Translations under genes and position numbers: made by a program
Notes under the pieces: generated by a model
Seen by the model: only the letters and a program-made list of their open reading frames with translations
Told to the model about the DNA's origin: nothing
Databases searched by the model: none
Part shown: positions 33,663 through 46,494 of the stretch, one piece after another
Layout: every line of letters begins with the position of its first letter
How positions within the stretch are numbered: position 1 is the stretch's first letter
Source of the DNA: Thelocarpon superellum
Lineage: Eukaryota
Direction: 5' to 3'
NCBI GenBank assembly: GCA_026025795.1
Contig: JAPEUG010000005.1
Coordinates: 1-64,000, forward strand
Length of the DNA stretch: 64,000 nt

Positions 33663-35044
33663 ATGTCCACCTTTGGATCCCATTTCAGGGTGACGACGTA
33701 GGGGTGCAATTCCATGTCACTGGGCAATACTGATCCAGCTCAGGTATGGCGAGTCACACTGCCGCTCCGTCGGCTGTATCGTCGATGGCTGCCCGCCAGG
33801 CATGAAGCTTACGGAGGCCGACATCCAACCGCAGATGACCCGGAGACGGCCGGGTCAAAGTGCCTTGACCACTCCGGTGTGCAGGATTCTCGCCATGTCC
33901 AACTTCCGCCTTATGGAGCGCTAACCGGACACTCCCGCACAGAGAGACGAGAAGGACGGCGTCGAGATCCACTCGGGCACCGAATTTGGCGTCACCCTGG
34001 GCACGCCCATTGGCCTGATGGTGCGGAATGAAGACCAGCGACCAAAAGACTATGGCGGCGGCAGCATGGACAAGTACCCGCGGCCCAACCACGCCGACTT
34101 CACCTACCTGGAGAAATACGGGGTCAAGGCCAGCAGCGGTGGGGGACGAAGCAGTGCACGAGAGACCATCGGTATGTATCAAGATCCTCGATGCCTCGGC
34201 CTGAGCTCACGCCCCACCACCAGGCCGCGTAGCCGCCGGCGCCATCGCCGAAAAGTACCTGAAGCTGGCCCACGGGATCGAGATTGTGTCCTTTGTATCG
34301 TCCGTGGGGCCGATCCACCTGTTTCCATCCACGGCGGAGCATCCGTCGCCGTCGACGAACCCGCTGATGCTCGAGCTGCTCAAGACCATCACGCGGGAGA
34401 CCGTCGACGCGCACTTGCCGGTGCGGTGCCCCGACGAGGCCGTGGCGGCGCGGATGGCCAGTCTGATCGTCGACTACCGCGACCGCAAGGACAGCATCGG
34501 CGGCACCGTGACCTGCGTCATCCGCAATGTGCCGACGGGTCTGGGCGAACCGGCTTTTGACAAGATGGAAGCCATGCTGGCCCACGCCATGCTCAGCATC
34601 CCCGCAACCAAGGGTTTCGAGATCGGCTCGGGCTTCGGCGGATGCGAGGTCCCTGGCTCGCTGCACAACGACCCTTTCGTGCTCTCGCCCGCCACCCCCG
34701 CCGGCAAGACGCCCTCGCCCGCCGCCCGCCCTGCACGCGCACGCCTGACGACCAGTACGAACAACTCGGGTGGCATCCAGGGCGGCATCACAAACGGTGC
34801 CCCCATCTACTTCCGTGTGGCCTTCAAGCCACCTGCGACCATCGGCCAGGCGCAGAAGACGGCGGAGTACGAAACAGGCCGAGAGGGCGTGCTGGAGGCC
34901 AAGGGCCGCCATGACCCCTGCGTCGTGCCGCGTGCCGTGCCCATCGTCGAGGCCATGGCCGCCCTCGTCGTCATGGACGCCCTGTTAGCCCAGCAGGCTC
35001 GAGAGACCGCTAGGAGTCTTTTACCGCCGTTGAAGGAGGCGTAG
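33663..35044 (+). CDS. ARO2: Chorismate synthase (4 exons)
   Basis: [77 protein letters not shown] and [18 protein letters not shown]; three canonical introns. Confidence 0.97.
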
Positions 35045-35279
35045 CTTTATGCGTAAAGGGGAGCATGTGACTGGTTGGGAGTTCGCGAGCGCCGTGCTGT
35101 GCCACTCGTTTCTTGTTCTCGTACATGGACGCGTGCCGGCTATACAAGGTCGCAATGGATGCGCCCTTGGGAAATGAAACGAACCGAAACGAACGGAAAG
35201 ATATAGAACACTCCAGGCATCAATCTAGCATCTATCCGCGCTCTCCTGAATCCGCATGCCTGAATGGATGCCGATGCGC

Positions 35280-36731
35280 TCACGCAGCCATCGCCACCTC
35301 CCCGATCGGCTGCGGCACACTGGGCCGCAGCCGCACCGTTCTCCCAAAGGGTGCGTTTCCTCGCCCCCGTCCCTGCTCCAGCGGCGAGTCCGCCAACAGC
35401 AGCGCACGAGTCGCGCGACGAACAAATCCCGAAGGGAAGGTGCCGATCCGTGCCGTCGCATCGTGCGGCTGGACGGGACTTGACGGCGGTCCCCGCACGC
35501 CGGGGACGGATGATGCTCGCCCAACACCAGGGCCTGCGTTCGTCGCCGCCGTGCCTTCGGGTGGCCCGTGGACTCGGCGGGGCTCACCCTGGACGAGCAC
35601 CAGGGCGAACAAATCTCGTCTTTCCCGGGACAAGTTGACGGGCATGGAGAAGCTGCGGAGGCGAAGGGCGTAGCATGCAGTACAGTCACAGGCCAGACTG
35701 CTCGGTCCGTGCATCCTCCCAATCAGATCGGGTGTATAGGTCAGCGTTGCCGCACCGAGGGAGTTCCGCATCAACGCCTCGGACCCCAAGAACGTGATCT
35801 CACGGTATCGCCGCCAGGCACGGCTGAGACTCGCTTCAAAGCCCGCCGACGCGTCGATGATGTTGTCGGAATGGACGCCCATCATTTTGGAAAAGGATGC
35901 GTGATCGTAGACGCCTGCGAGCTGTAGGTCCCGCGCCTTCTCAAACACCTTGACGACGCCCACGGCCCGGATCAGCGCCCGGGCGGTTGACTCGGTCTTG
36001 TCGAGATACTTCACCACGCGCTCCTTCGTCCGGAACCAATGCTCCACCAGCCAGCTCCACACACTTTCCTCCCACTCATGATGCCCGTCCACGCTGATGG
36101 ACGCTACGCCATCCTGCAAGAGCCGGCGCGCGTGGCCAAGACATACGAGGTGATGCTCGGCCTCCACCGCCGCTCGACGGGCCTCTTGGTGGAAGTCGGG
36201 AACGGCGGCGCTCATTAACGTTGCGTAATCTTTTGTCAGTGCCACCGCCGCGCCACCGCCGAAGGCCGAGAAGACCGTACGCTGGCGAATATAGATGGGC
36301 GTATACGCATGCGACTCGTCTGGAGCGTCGATGCCAGACGACGATGCGTCACGCGGGGGGGTCTGGAAGCCCAGTGGACCGTGACGAGAGAAGCGGCCGC
36401 GATCAAGCGTACCGTCGAACTGCGCCGGGTTTTGGTATATGCGTGCCTCTTCTGAGGATGACGTGACGGCAGGTGGGATGATGGCGGGGGTATCGGTGTT
36501 GTCTTCAGGGTTGTCGAGATGGGCGAGATGCTCGTGCCAAGGCATAGTGTGGCCGATGACAGGACCGTGGACAAAGCGAGGAGACGCCGGGATCGGGCGA
36601 ACGGTCATAGACCAGAGGAAGGACCGTCGAAGGACTAAGGCTAAGGATACCCACGAGCTCCAAATAGAGAAGAGCGTCGGCCGGTCGAGAACGAGTGAAG
36701 TCGGGGTAGAGATGAGCGAATGATGGACCAT
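35280..36731 (-). CDS. Orphan hypothetical protein (start uncertain: 36731, 36608 or 36545)
   Basis: Open frame of more than 420 codons with a globular-looking core (HHEWEESVWSWLVEHWF..) and a CDCTAC motif; no family recognised. Confidence 0.6.
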   Translation of the reverse strand: MVHHSLISTPTSLVLDRPTLFSIWSSWVSLALVLRRSFLWSMTVRPIPASPRFVHGPVIGHTMPWHEHLAHLDNPEDNTDTPAIIPPAVTSSSEEARIYQNPAQFDGTLDRGRFSRHGPLGFQTPPRDASSSGIDAPDESHAYTPIYIRQRTVFSAFGGGAAVALTKDYATLMSAAVPDFHQEARRAAVEAEHHLVCLGHARRLLQDGVASISVDGHHEWEESVWSWLVEHWFRTKERVVKYLDKTESTARALIRAVGVVKVFEKARDLQLAGVYDHASFSKMMGVHSDNIIDASAGFEASLSRAWRRYREITFLGSEALMRNSLGAATLTYTPDLIGRMHGPSSLACDCTACYALRLRSFSMPVNLSRERRDLFALVLVQGEPRRVHGPPEGTAATNAGPGVGRASSVPGVRGPPSSPVQPHDATARIGTFPSGFVRRATRALLLADSPLEQGRGRGNAPFGRTVRLRPSVPQPIGEVAMAA

Positions 36732-37331
36732 GGCCAGTCGACGCCTTATCCCAAGATGAGGGACAGAAGGACGAGCACGAGCACGAGCAGAAGAGGAAGG
36801 GGAAGGCGAGACGGTGAGGCTCACGTCCCGAACGATCGCATCCGCCATCTGGTGGTGCCTTCCCTTGACCACCATGCACAGGGGCGAGCAGGACGCACAT
36901 CACGGTCATCCATCGTCAGCAAGTCATTCCTCGTTCACTAGAAGTAGACAGGTAATGAGACGTCATCGAGCGGTCCAATGCATTGTATAGCGAGCGAAGT
37001 GTCTTGGGTCAGAGGACGGAAGACGCACGCCAAGGGGACACAGAGGAAGGTCGCTGCGAGCAGGAGCGGGCCATCCCGCTGTCTCGCGGACCGGGAAGGA
37101 GCAAAAGTGGAGTCAGCAGTGTAAAGGGTCATAATACAGTATCCAGAGGCCAACCAGGGAAGCATCTCCGGTGAAATGGCCCGGCGCAGACATGAAAACG
37201 CCCCCGCCCCTTCCTTCTAGTCACGCCGGGAGCCGCCGTTCTCCCTCACGAAATTCCTCCCATATGTCGACGCCAGTCCCGCGCCGTAAGATCGCTAGAA
37301 TTGCTCGTCGCGCCCCGACTCAAAGACTAGA

Positions 37332-40300
37332 TCATCCCACCACCCCGTCACATCCACCACGTGTCGAGGCCGCGGGCGAGGCCGCAGCCTCGCCATGCTC
37401 GTCCGTCTCATGACCCGGCGACGTTTTGAGCGTGCCCGTGCTGCCGCTGCGCGCCGTGCGCGCCGTGCCACCTGTCTCGCAGCTCGAGGAGCGTGGCGAC
37501 TCGTCCATCTTCTCGGCCACCGGCCCCTGGGCACGGTGCCGGGTCATGACCAGAAAGTCCTCGTCATCGGAATCCTCCTCGTCATCCCCCCCGTGGTCGC
37601 CGTTGTATCCCGGGTCGTCATCCGACCCCATCGCATTCGCATCATGCTGACCGTGCGGTCGGTCGGGGGTCAAGGTCTCGTCGGTCGGTAAGGCCGGGAG
37701 AACGGTGTGGTGCTTAGCCAGGTGTGTGGCCGCGTCGTCCGTGTCCACGGAAGACCCGGCAGAGATGACCGAGGGGACGGACGGGTACGAGGTCGACTGC
37801 GACATCCCCGACGTAAGACGGTCATCCGATGATGACGACGCGATCGGTCCACTGGGAGAGGAGACGAGGGGGTAATTCACATCCGACGATGGCGCGGCCG
37901 CAGCGTCAGCCGCGACCTTGTCACTCCCGACCTCTGCCCGAGACCCGCCGCCGTTCTGTTCGAGGTACGAGAACGGATGGCGCACCCCGAGATCGGCCCC
38001 CGCACTCGACGATGGTCGCACTCGAGAACGCTTGACGTCAGCACCCGAGTCGCTCAACGGCGCGCGGACCGGCCCGCTCTCCGAGACGACCGAGGCGCGT
38101 CGCCACGCGGTCGCGGCACTGAGCGGGCGAATGGGAAAGGTCCGCGCCGCGCCGACCGGTGGATCGGCTTCGACCGGGGCACCCAAGAACGTCTTGAGGA
38201 GCTGTGGCGTGATCAGCGCGGACGACGCCTGGGAGTCAAGGGCGCCTGGCTGAATCGACGTGCCCGCGGGCGCGACATTCGTGGGTAAGGAGGGCGAGTG
38301 GACCTGGCCCGCGGCGGAAGCGTTGCTGATTGCGACACTCGCTTCCGCACGCGACTCCTCCACGCTCGCGGGGATCACTGTAGGGCCCGCGTTCGATGAT
38401 ACGCCGTCCGTCTCGGTCAGGTCGCGGCTGAGTGCACCGCGGACATGCATACCCACAGCGCCGCCGAAAATGCCGCCCACGTGCGGGTGCGGGCTCGTGC
38501 TCGTGCGCGGCTCGATTGTCGTGGTCTCGAGTAGGTTGGGCGACCAAAGCGCCGTGTCCTGGTCGGGCGCGGTGACCGTCTTGATCGACGCTGCTGACGT
38601 CGAGATGGCGCGTTCGGGGGCCTGCGGTCGGATGAGCTCGACGGCCGTGCCGAGCGGCAGTGTGGTCGTCGTGGTCGGCGTGGCCACAGGATCGGTCCCG
38701 CCTTCGTCATGTGGGAAGAAGTGATCCGAATCTGACACGTCCGGGCTGGCGGTGACGCTCTGGGAGAGCGGATGCTCGCCATCGCGCGAACGCCCCCCAA
38801 ACGCGGCCGCGTCGTCGTCGCGAGGGCTGGATCGGCCGCGATCTTTCAGGGTCGGCGTGGGCGAGACCGACTCGCTGCTCCCTTCCGTCGCGCTCGCGTT
38901 GCCACGCATGCGTCGGCGACCCTCGCGGGCCTTGCCGAAGCCGATGGCTTGTCCGACCTTGCGCATGCCCGACCGAACCCGTTCGAGGAAGCCAATCGAC
39001 ACCACGGCCTTCTCCACGTCCTCGGTCGAGACCTCGATCTTGCGGCCCTCATTCTGCCGTGATGAATCGGTCTCGTCGATCCATCGGATGGGATCAGAGA
39101 TGCCCTGCAGCGTGAAGGGGTGGCGCTTGACCTCCTTGAGCGTGATGCGTTTGGTTGGGTCTTTCGCAAGGATGCGTTTGAGCAGGTCGTAGAGATCGCC
39201 GTCGATCTCTTCGTACACGAGCTCATTCTCCGGTCGGAAGTCGCCGGTGACTATCGGCGACATCGACGTGTGGCTGCTCGAGTGAGACCCCTGATGCGGA
39301 TGGACGGATTTCAGTCGCCGCGACGGAATGAAGACTTCTTCCTCCGAGATGGCCTTGAACAGCGAGTACTCGTCCTCGGCGCGGAAGGGAAGGCGGGCGA
39401 AAAGTAGGCAGTACAACGTGACGCCTAGTGCCCACACGTCGATCTGTCCCGTCACGGCTGGACGCGTCGTCGTCAGGTCCGTGTAGCACAGCTCGGGGGC
39501 GTAAAAGGCCGGGGTCCCAACGGTCTTGGCCAGCTCGACCGCCTCGTCCAGGGGCTGAGCATCCGCCTCGGCCAGGTCCTCGATCGTGTCATCGTCGCGG
39601 ATCGGCCGTCCGAGGTAGGACACGCCAAAGTCGGAGATCTTGACGTGATGGTCCGCCGTCCAAAGTAGATTGGCCGGTTTGATATCACGATGGATAATGC
39701 CTTGGTAGTGGAGGTATTCTAGGCCAAGGATGGTATCGCGAAACGTCTGACGTGCCTGCTCCAGGGTCAGGCATGGCACGTAGGAGAAATCGTCATCGTA
39801 AGGGTCATATGTCGGTGCAAGCTCGTCGGCGCTGTAGGAGAAGAAGTCACCGCCGACGCCAAAGGTATGGTCGTGTGAGGTGAGGCCGTCATCGGCCGTG
39901 TGGTACAGATCTTCGGCTGTCCGCAACGCATCCTGCGAAGGATGACTCGGTCGCAGTCGGTCATGGGCGAGCGGCGCCGGGGAGGGCGGGCGATCGGCCG
40001 ACCACATTCCTTCATGCGGTGTGGTGTCGATGGTTGGTGCCAACGTCTCGCTCGGGACGGGGGCCGGGCTGGCGGGGGTCGATGCTTCATCGTCGGTGTG
40101 ATTGCCGCCGTATTCGAGACTCCAGTACCCCGCGTCGGTCGATTGGAAGGGCATAGAAAGACCGCCGGGAGCATTCGTCGCCGCGCCGTCGCCTGGCTCT
40201 TGCCGGACGCGCTCTTCCAGGACCTCGTCGCCACTCTCTCCGCGCGCTTCGCGCTCAACGCGCCGCCGTTCGGTCTTGACGACGTCTTTGGCGCCCTTGA

Positions 40301-41620
40301 CCCGCCAAACGATCTCACCCAGCTCAACGAACTCCAAGACGATGTAGACCTTCATGATGGCCGGATCGTCGATAACCTCGAGCAGGGCGACGACGTTGGG
40401 GTGACGAGCCTTCTTGAGAATGGCCACCTCTTTCTTCACTTTGTCTTCCGGATTGCCCAGCTTCCCCAGACGCCGACGCTTCGAGTAGCGGGCCACGATC
40501 TTGATGGCCACCTCCACCCCCGTCTCGAGGTTACGTCCGAGTTTGACCTTGCCGTGCACTCCGCGCCCCAGCTCGTCGATGATCTCGTACTGATTGAGAA
40601 GCTTGCGGCCCGAGACCGGATCGATGTCTTTGTCGGCGACGTGGGTCCTGGGGCTTGTGGTCAGTGCATGCAGCCAGACTCCGTCCACGGTCGGAAGGAT
40701 GGAAGGGCGGACGTGCGATGGACTTACTCTTTGGGTGGTTGCTTTTGAGTCCAATGCAAGAAGGCGCTGCCGTAGAGACCATCATCACCCGAGAGCGACG
40801 GGCTGGAGGTAGGCGCCGGTGGATGGAAGAGGCCCGGGCTCGCCGCCGGTGTGTGGCCGGCCGTCTTCGAGCCGATGTCGGTGCCTGGGCCGAAGTCGCC
40901 GGAACGTTGGCGTCCGCCCATGCTGGCGGTCGCAGGTGAGGATGAGAACTGCGATGCGTGCGAGCTGCGGGTGCGCTGCGGACGTGGCAGATACGGCGGA
41001 GGATGGACTTGCGAGTGCAGCACAGAGAAGGCCTGATTCGGGTAGACCGGGAAGTCTCGCCGACCTGGAATAGTGGTAGGTTCGATCAGAGGTGGCGCGG
41101 CGGTTGGAACTGGGACCAGGCTCTCCGTGGCCGCATCAATGGGCGGGAAAGTGGTGATGAATGTTGAGGATGACGCATCTTCTCTCGAGGAAGATGAGAT
41201 TGATGGCTGCGGGGAGTCCAGACTAGGTGAGGAATCGGTTGTGGGAATGGGAACCGTGGAGGTATGCGCACTGGGTCTGACCAACGAGCCTAAGGACAGG
41301 TCCGATGGGACGTGGTCCGGACCGGGCGACTCACGCTCCAGTCTAGGCACGCCGTCCACCGGTGGTCGCTGCGGCGATGGTGCATGTGTAGGGAATTCGA
41401 GGGTCGACGCGCGCTCCGACGTGGATGCGGATCCTGAATGCAGGGTACGGTAGTCATCGCCCAGGCTTGCCCAGGCATTCACCTCTGGAGTCCCCGGCGG
41501 TGCACTTAGGGCTGGCCTGATGGACGCATCGAGAGCGCCCACAGCCGGCGGACCACTAACGGGCGATGCAGGCGTGCTTCGGCCATCAGGAAGGCCTTCA
41601 TCACGCGCGACCTCCTCCAT
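37332..41620 (-). CDS. Ser/Thr kinase of the CAMKK/ELM group (Ssp1/Sak1-like, Snf1/AMPK-activating); exons 41620-40728, 40647-37332
   Basis: NQYEIIDELGRGVHGKVKL, VAIKIV, KKEVAILKK..HPNVV, HRDIKPANLL, ISDFGVS, LAKTVGTPAFYAPE and DVWALGVTLYC. An 80-nt intron GTAAGT..CTGAC..CAG gives PPKE-THVADKD. Confidence 0.93.
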
Positions 41621-43963
41621 TGTCCGTGGCCGGGAGAGGTCGAGGGCTTCGACCAGTCCTTCCAACAATGTAACCCCCACTCCGATCGGCGGCACGCGAC
41701 GATATGGTGCCACGCCCAAAGGCACAATCCACTTGGGATGTGGACTCTACCGATTCACGAGCGAGTGCCGGCGCTCATTCGTGGACATGGTGTGGTTGAG
41801 CGTACCGGTCGACACCGTGCACGCAGGCGCTGCCGAGCGAACTCGTCCAGCCCCACCCGGCGGGCGAGAGGACCACTCGAGTGTCGACCCACTGAGACGA
41901 CGAGGGCGAAAGCACGAGAGACAGAAAGAGTGAGGGCCGAGAGTCAGGGCCCGATTTGTCTCATGGATCGGTCGTGAAGAGGGGTGCGGGCGTTGTCAAT
42001 GCGTCGTGGGCGAGATGAGGGTCCACGGCACCACGGAGGACGACGGGCGACTAAGATAGGGATCGCTGGAACACGGATAAACTAAGGACTACCGTCACGT
42101 CAGCTGTCGGAAGAGGGACCCCGACCGTGGCTACTGGCTAACCTATCGTCTTTCACACACTGCGCCAGGATCAGCACTTTGAGGGGCGGCGACAGGTCGA
42201 GAAACGCAGCGATGGAAAGGTCGAATCTCGAAGGACGTGTGAAGGTTGGGTGGGCGCAGGAAGAGGTGCTGCATGGACAATTCGATAGTCGACTGGCGGA
42301 TTGTCGACTACTACCGACGCACCTCACCTCACCTCACTCTCGGTAAATGGTGGTGCCCGGGCAGCGCCCCAGTCAAGGGTACATCCGTGTACTTGGCGGT
42401 TACGATGTACGATCCTCCTTCGACCCTGTCAGACTTGCGCCCACAGAGTTCTAATCCGTGGCGCTGGTGCTGGTCCGGGTTCTGGACTTGGGTCTGGGGT
42501 CCTGGACATCCTCCACGGTGGTGGCGGGGCGCATGGGCTGGTAGTGGTGGTGGGCCCGGTCAACCCTTACCACGGTGGGCTGCTGGTGACGATAGGATAT
42601 CCGGGGCGCCGTGTACGCGATGCCTCCGCCGAGTCCAGCCGGGCAGGTCGGCGCCATGTGGCGACGGCAGATTCCTCCAGGCTGGCCGACTGGTCATCCG
42701 TCAGGTGTAGAGAGGGCACTTGGTCCATACAGAGTTGTACAAAGCACGTCTACAGACCGGTTCACGGAGGCTCATCTCGTCCTCCCCTTCCTCCAGTGGA
42801 CAGCGTCGAGGCATGCAGCGATCCGACCGGTTGGCCGTCTGCATCGCAAAGAGATGCTCAATCTGCCTCCGATGGGTCCTTGTGGGGCCAATCGCTCGTC
42901 TCCGTTGTCGTGACAGGGGAGACGCGGTGCCCAAGTGCGTCGCGGAGCAGCAACAGCAGCACGCCAGCAGCGGCAGCGGCAGCAGCAGCGCTCCGTCACC
43001 GGCAGTATTGTCTCCGTACCGGACGTGGCCGCCACAGGCACTCACGCCTCCGACAGAGCAGAATCACAAGCCAAAAGCCGCTTGTGTGCTACTCGGCAGG
43101 GAAGGGAAGGATGCGCCGCCCCATGCACCCGCGCTACGCTAGGATTAGCGTAGCTCGCCGCGCCGCTGGCCCACCAGCGCGAGTCATCCTGGGGCCCACC
43201 GTCATTGCCTCTCGCCCTTGGTGGCCGCCGCGTTCGCTGAGGTACGGTTCCAATACGAGGAACCGTACTCGTATGGTCTGGTCGGGCAAGACTGAGGGAG
43301 AGCGCGCTGGTGCGCCCGAAGGCAGATCTCTTACCCGTTAGCCTCTCGCTTGCATGGGCCCTCGTCCTCGGCGGCCCAACGCATCCCTCCGGCCCTGGTC
43401 GCCCATGACTGCACGTTGGGTGCCGCGACGGCGAGCACCTGCACCACCTCCTGGGCATGACGAGTGTGAGCCCCCAACGACTGCTCGTACCATGAATAAT
43501 AAATCGTACGGGCACTCGATCAATGCGTTGCCACTAGTCATTAGCAGCAACTCGTAGCTCAGTCTTCATCTGCGCTGGCTGCACGCCCATGCTTCGGCTC
43601 CCACTTGGTGTCCCTCGTATGCTGAGTGGCTCCGCGGGCGGACTTCTCCGGTCCGCACCAGGCCAATGGCAATCCACGACGGACCTCGGACGAGACATGA
43701 CTAAGCCTCTGCCGGGGAGATGCTGTACGGCGGCGGCGACTGGGGTCACCGCTGGTGGCAGCCGGGGGTCCGATCGTCGATCACCATTCGCGCCATCTTA
43801 GCCCGCCCGTCCTGGGCGCATCCTGGGACGAACGACCCCTCCGGCCGTGCCATCTGGGTTGGCGATTACCCCACAACTCGATCGATTCGTTGCTTTGAGT
43901 TGTTTGGTTGGCCGGTCTCGATGCACCGCCTTCCTGGTTCGTCAGGACGTGAGCGCGTTGATT

Positions 43964-43997
43964 GGGGCCGAGGCCGGGGCCGGGGCCGGGGCCGGGC
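43964..43997 (+). repeat. (GGGGCC)n-type hexamer microsatellite
   Basis: GGGGCCGAGGCCGGGGCCGGGGCCGGGGCCGGGC read directly from the sequence. Confidence 0.75.
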
Positions 43998-46494
43998 AGT
44001 TGGCGGTAGTTATCACTTAAACAGCACCAGCCATTGCACAAGTATCGTGCTCGTACTCTACTCGTATTTGTACCCGCATTCTATACCGCGGCATGGTTAC
44101 TCGTTTGTCATAACGATCAGTCGCGTGCCTACGGGCCTGTTCGAGGGACGCCGCCGCTCTTTGGTTAAATCGACAGTTTTGGCTCGTCGTCGCCTCCGGC
44201 ATACCACGGGCCAGAGCAGGCGCGCATCTGCTGCACCGCGGGCGGCGAGGGGAGGCTGTAATGGGATGTGACGGGGACCTGATGCGGGGCCGCCTCGACT
44301 TGGAGGAGGAGTGTCATGGCGCTATCTCGTCATCTCGACATCTACCTGCGAATCCTTGACATCGCAGATCTACTCCGTCCATCCTGTGCAACTCGGAAGC
44401 CATCCCGCACATCCGCATCGGGGATGAGGCAAGGATGCCATGGCCGCGGCGGCCCAGTTGGACCAGGACGTCGTTCGCTTGCTAGGCTCCTCAACCCTCT
44501 CCTCGGATCTAGATCAACGCCACCGCGATGACGCGCGCTTCACGTACAGCCGTTGGGTATTGAGCGTCCATTGTCTCTCGTCATGCATCACGGTACCGAC
44601 GCACCATAGTATGCAACCAAGCGGGAACCGCTCCGTAGTGTGGGGCGATGGGTGCTTTGAGATTTTCATATATCAAATCTTGCGTAAGTGATTGTCCAAA
44701 AGTTCTTCCTGCAGGTGTGCCTCAAGCACCCCTCGGACCGTCGTTCGTGGCTAAGAAATGACGACCGCGTCCCCTCATCGCCAAGATGCGATGGATGATG
44801 TATTCTTACTTCGGTCCAATCCGAGGAAGACCCTCGCGAGAGATTCGATCCGTTCAGATCCGGGGATAGGATCCTCCCTGCAGTCAAAGGGTTACTTTAA
44901 TTACTTATCCCTGTCCACCGTCTGCACTCTCTTTGTCTCGCCGAGACACCATGAGCCCATGCGTGCTGAGGCCGCGCCTGACGCTCTGTTCAGCACCAGA
45001 CGTACGACGTGTTCTTCGCACTTCGCATCTCCCGCCTCGCACCTCTCATCCCCTAGAAATGCCGCAGATGGGAAAAAGCGACGGGTCTTGGCGTATGCAG
45101 CACGCTTCGGAGGCAGTGCTTGATAAACGTCGTCGAACCAGAGGCATCTCGCACCCAGACAAGGAACGCCCGTAGTATTGTGCAGAGGAGGGGTAGGAGG
45201 GTTGACGCCAGCATACAGTCTGTGCACGCGCCATTTCCGAGCAGCTCTTTGTACGCGGAGTAGTATAGGCGGATGGTAGCCGTCCTCGGCCGCTCAGCAG
45301 GCCTCGACAAGGCTAGAGTTGGTCAAGCTGAGTAAGATATTTTGGGATTCCTATTATGCGGCAGGATACATATGCAGAGGACGAGCGATGCCGGTGGGAC
45401 AAGATTCATTCTGCCACCAACTTGCGTCCCGCTGAAAAGCGCAACCAGCCAATCGACTTTTCATCACGGCCAACCTCGGGCTCACACTGAAGTTGATACG
45501 ATGGGTTGCGGCATGAGCCATCATCGCATGGATCCGCCAGATACCGTCATAACCTCCACCTACTCTGTTGGACGTCCGGCCGTGGTGCCCTTGGTGCATC
45601 GTCGGCGGCTGCATCTACCGCGTACGCACAAGCCGCGCCAGAGATTCCATGGTCGCCCAACGACGCACGTCCACGCATCACGGCCGGCCTACGGCAGACC
45701 TGTTGGAGGGCGACGACGCTGGTGACGGGCGCCAGCGATGGAACGACCGAGTGAGGTGGGGTCAGGGAACGCGAGCAGCTCATCACCAATGACCCCTTCT
45801 GGTGGAGCAGTAGATTCTCGCACCGGCTTGCGTTTCCGCCTAACGGACACTAGAGGCGCTCTCGTGCACTCCACTGAAACCGCCTGACTTGCGATCGGAC
45901 GCCGCCACAAGGATGAACTTCATTCAGGCTCTTGGCAGATTCTACGCCGACCATGTCTCTTTCGATACTCGTGCTTCATCGTTGGTGGCGTTTGAGTTCA
46001 AATCTGCCTCTGTAAGGCTATCTGGAGGTCACTGCGACCTCAAAAGTCAGACCGCCTGGATAGTCAAATGCCAGCCGCCGCTGACTCAACAATGTTCGCC
46101 CACCTCAAGCCTTCGGCTGGACATAGCCTGCGACACGTGCGACTGGTAACGCCGTGTACGATACCACACTTTCTGTTTGGCGTCGATGATCGTTTCTGCT
46201 ACTGAGCAGATATGAAGGTGGACAACTTGGATGGAATGCACGGTGGTCCAAGCTGATGACGAGAGCAAGCCCCAACCTCCTCTAAATCACAGAAGAAGCC
46301 TACATTTAGCGACGAAAATACCTCACGTGAAAAGCACCTTGAGGGAAATGCCTCACTTGGGGCAGTCAGAGGGCCGCTCATCGGTTCGTCTGAGCATGGA
46401 AATATAATTGGAGAGCAAAGCACACCGTCATAGTCGACTTGTAGAGTCAGCGATCCAAATTGCACAAGCTCAGTATCCATCCCGCCGGCCCATC

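Noticed and set aside
42301..43341. 346-aa plus-strand ORF
   Set aside because: Non-ATG start, low-complexity GC-driven composition, no recognisable motif.
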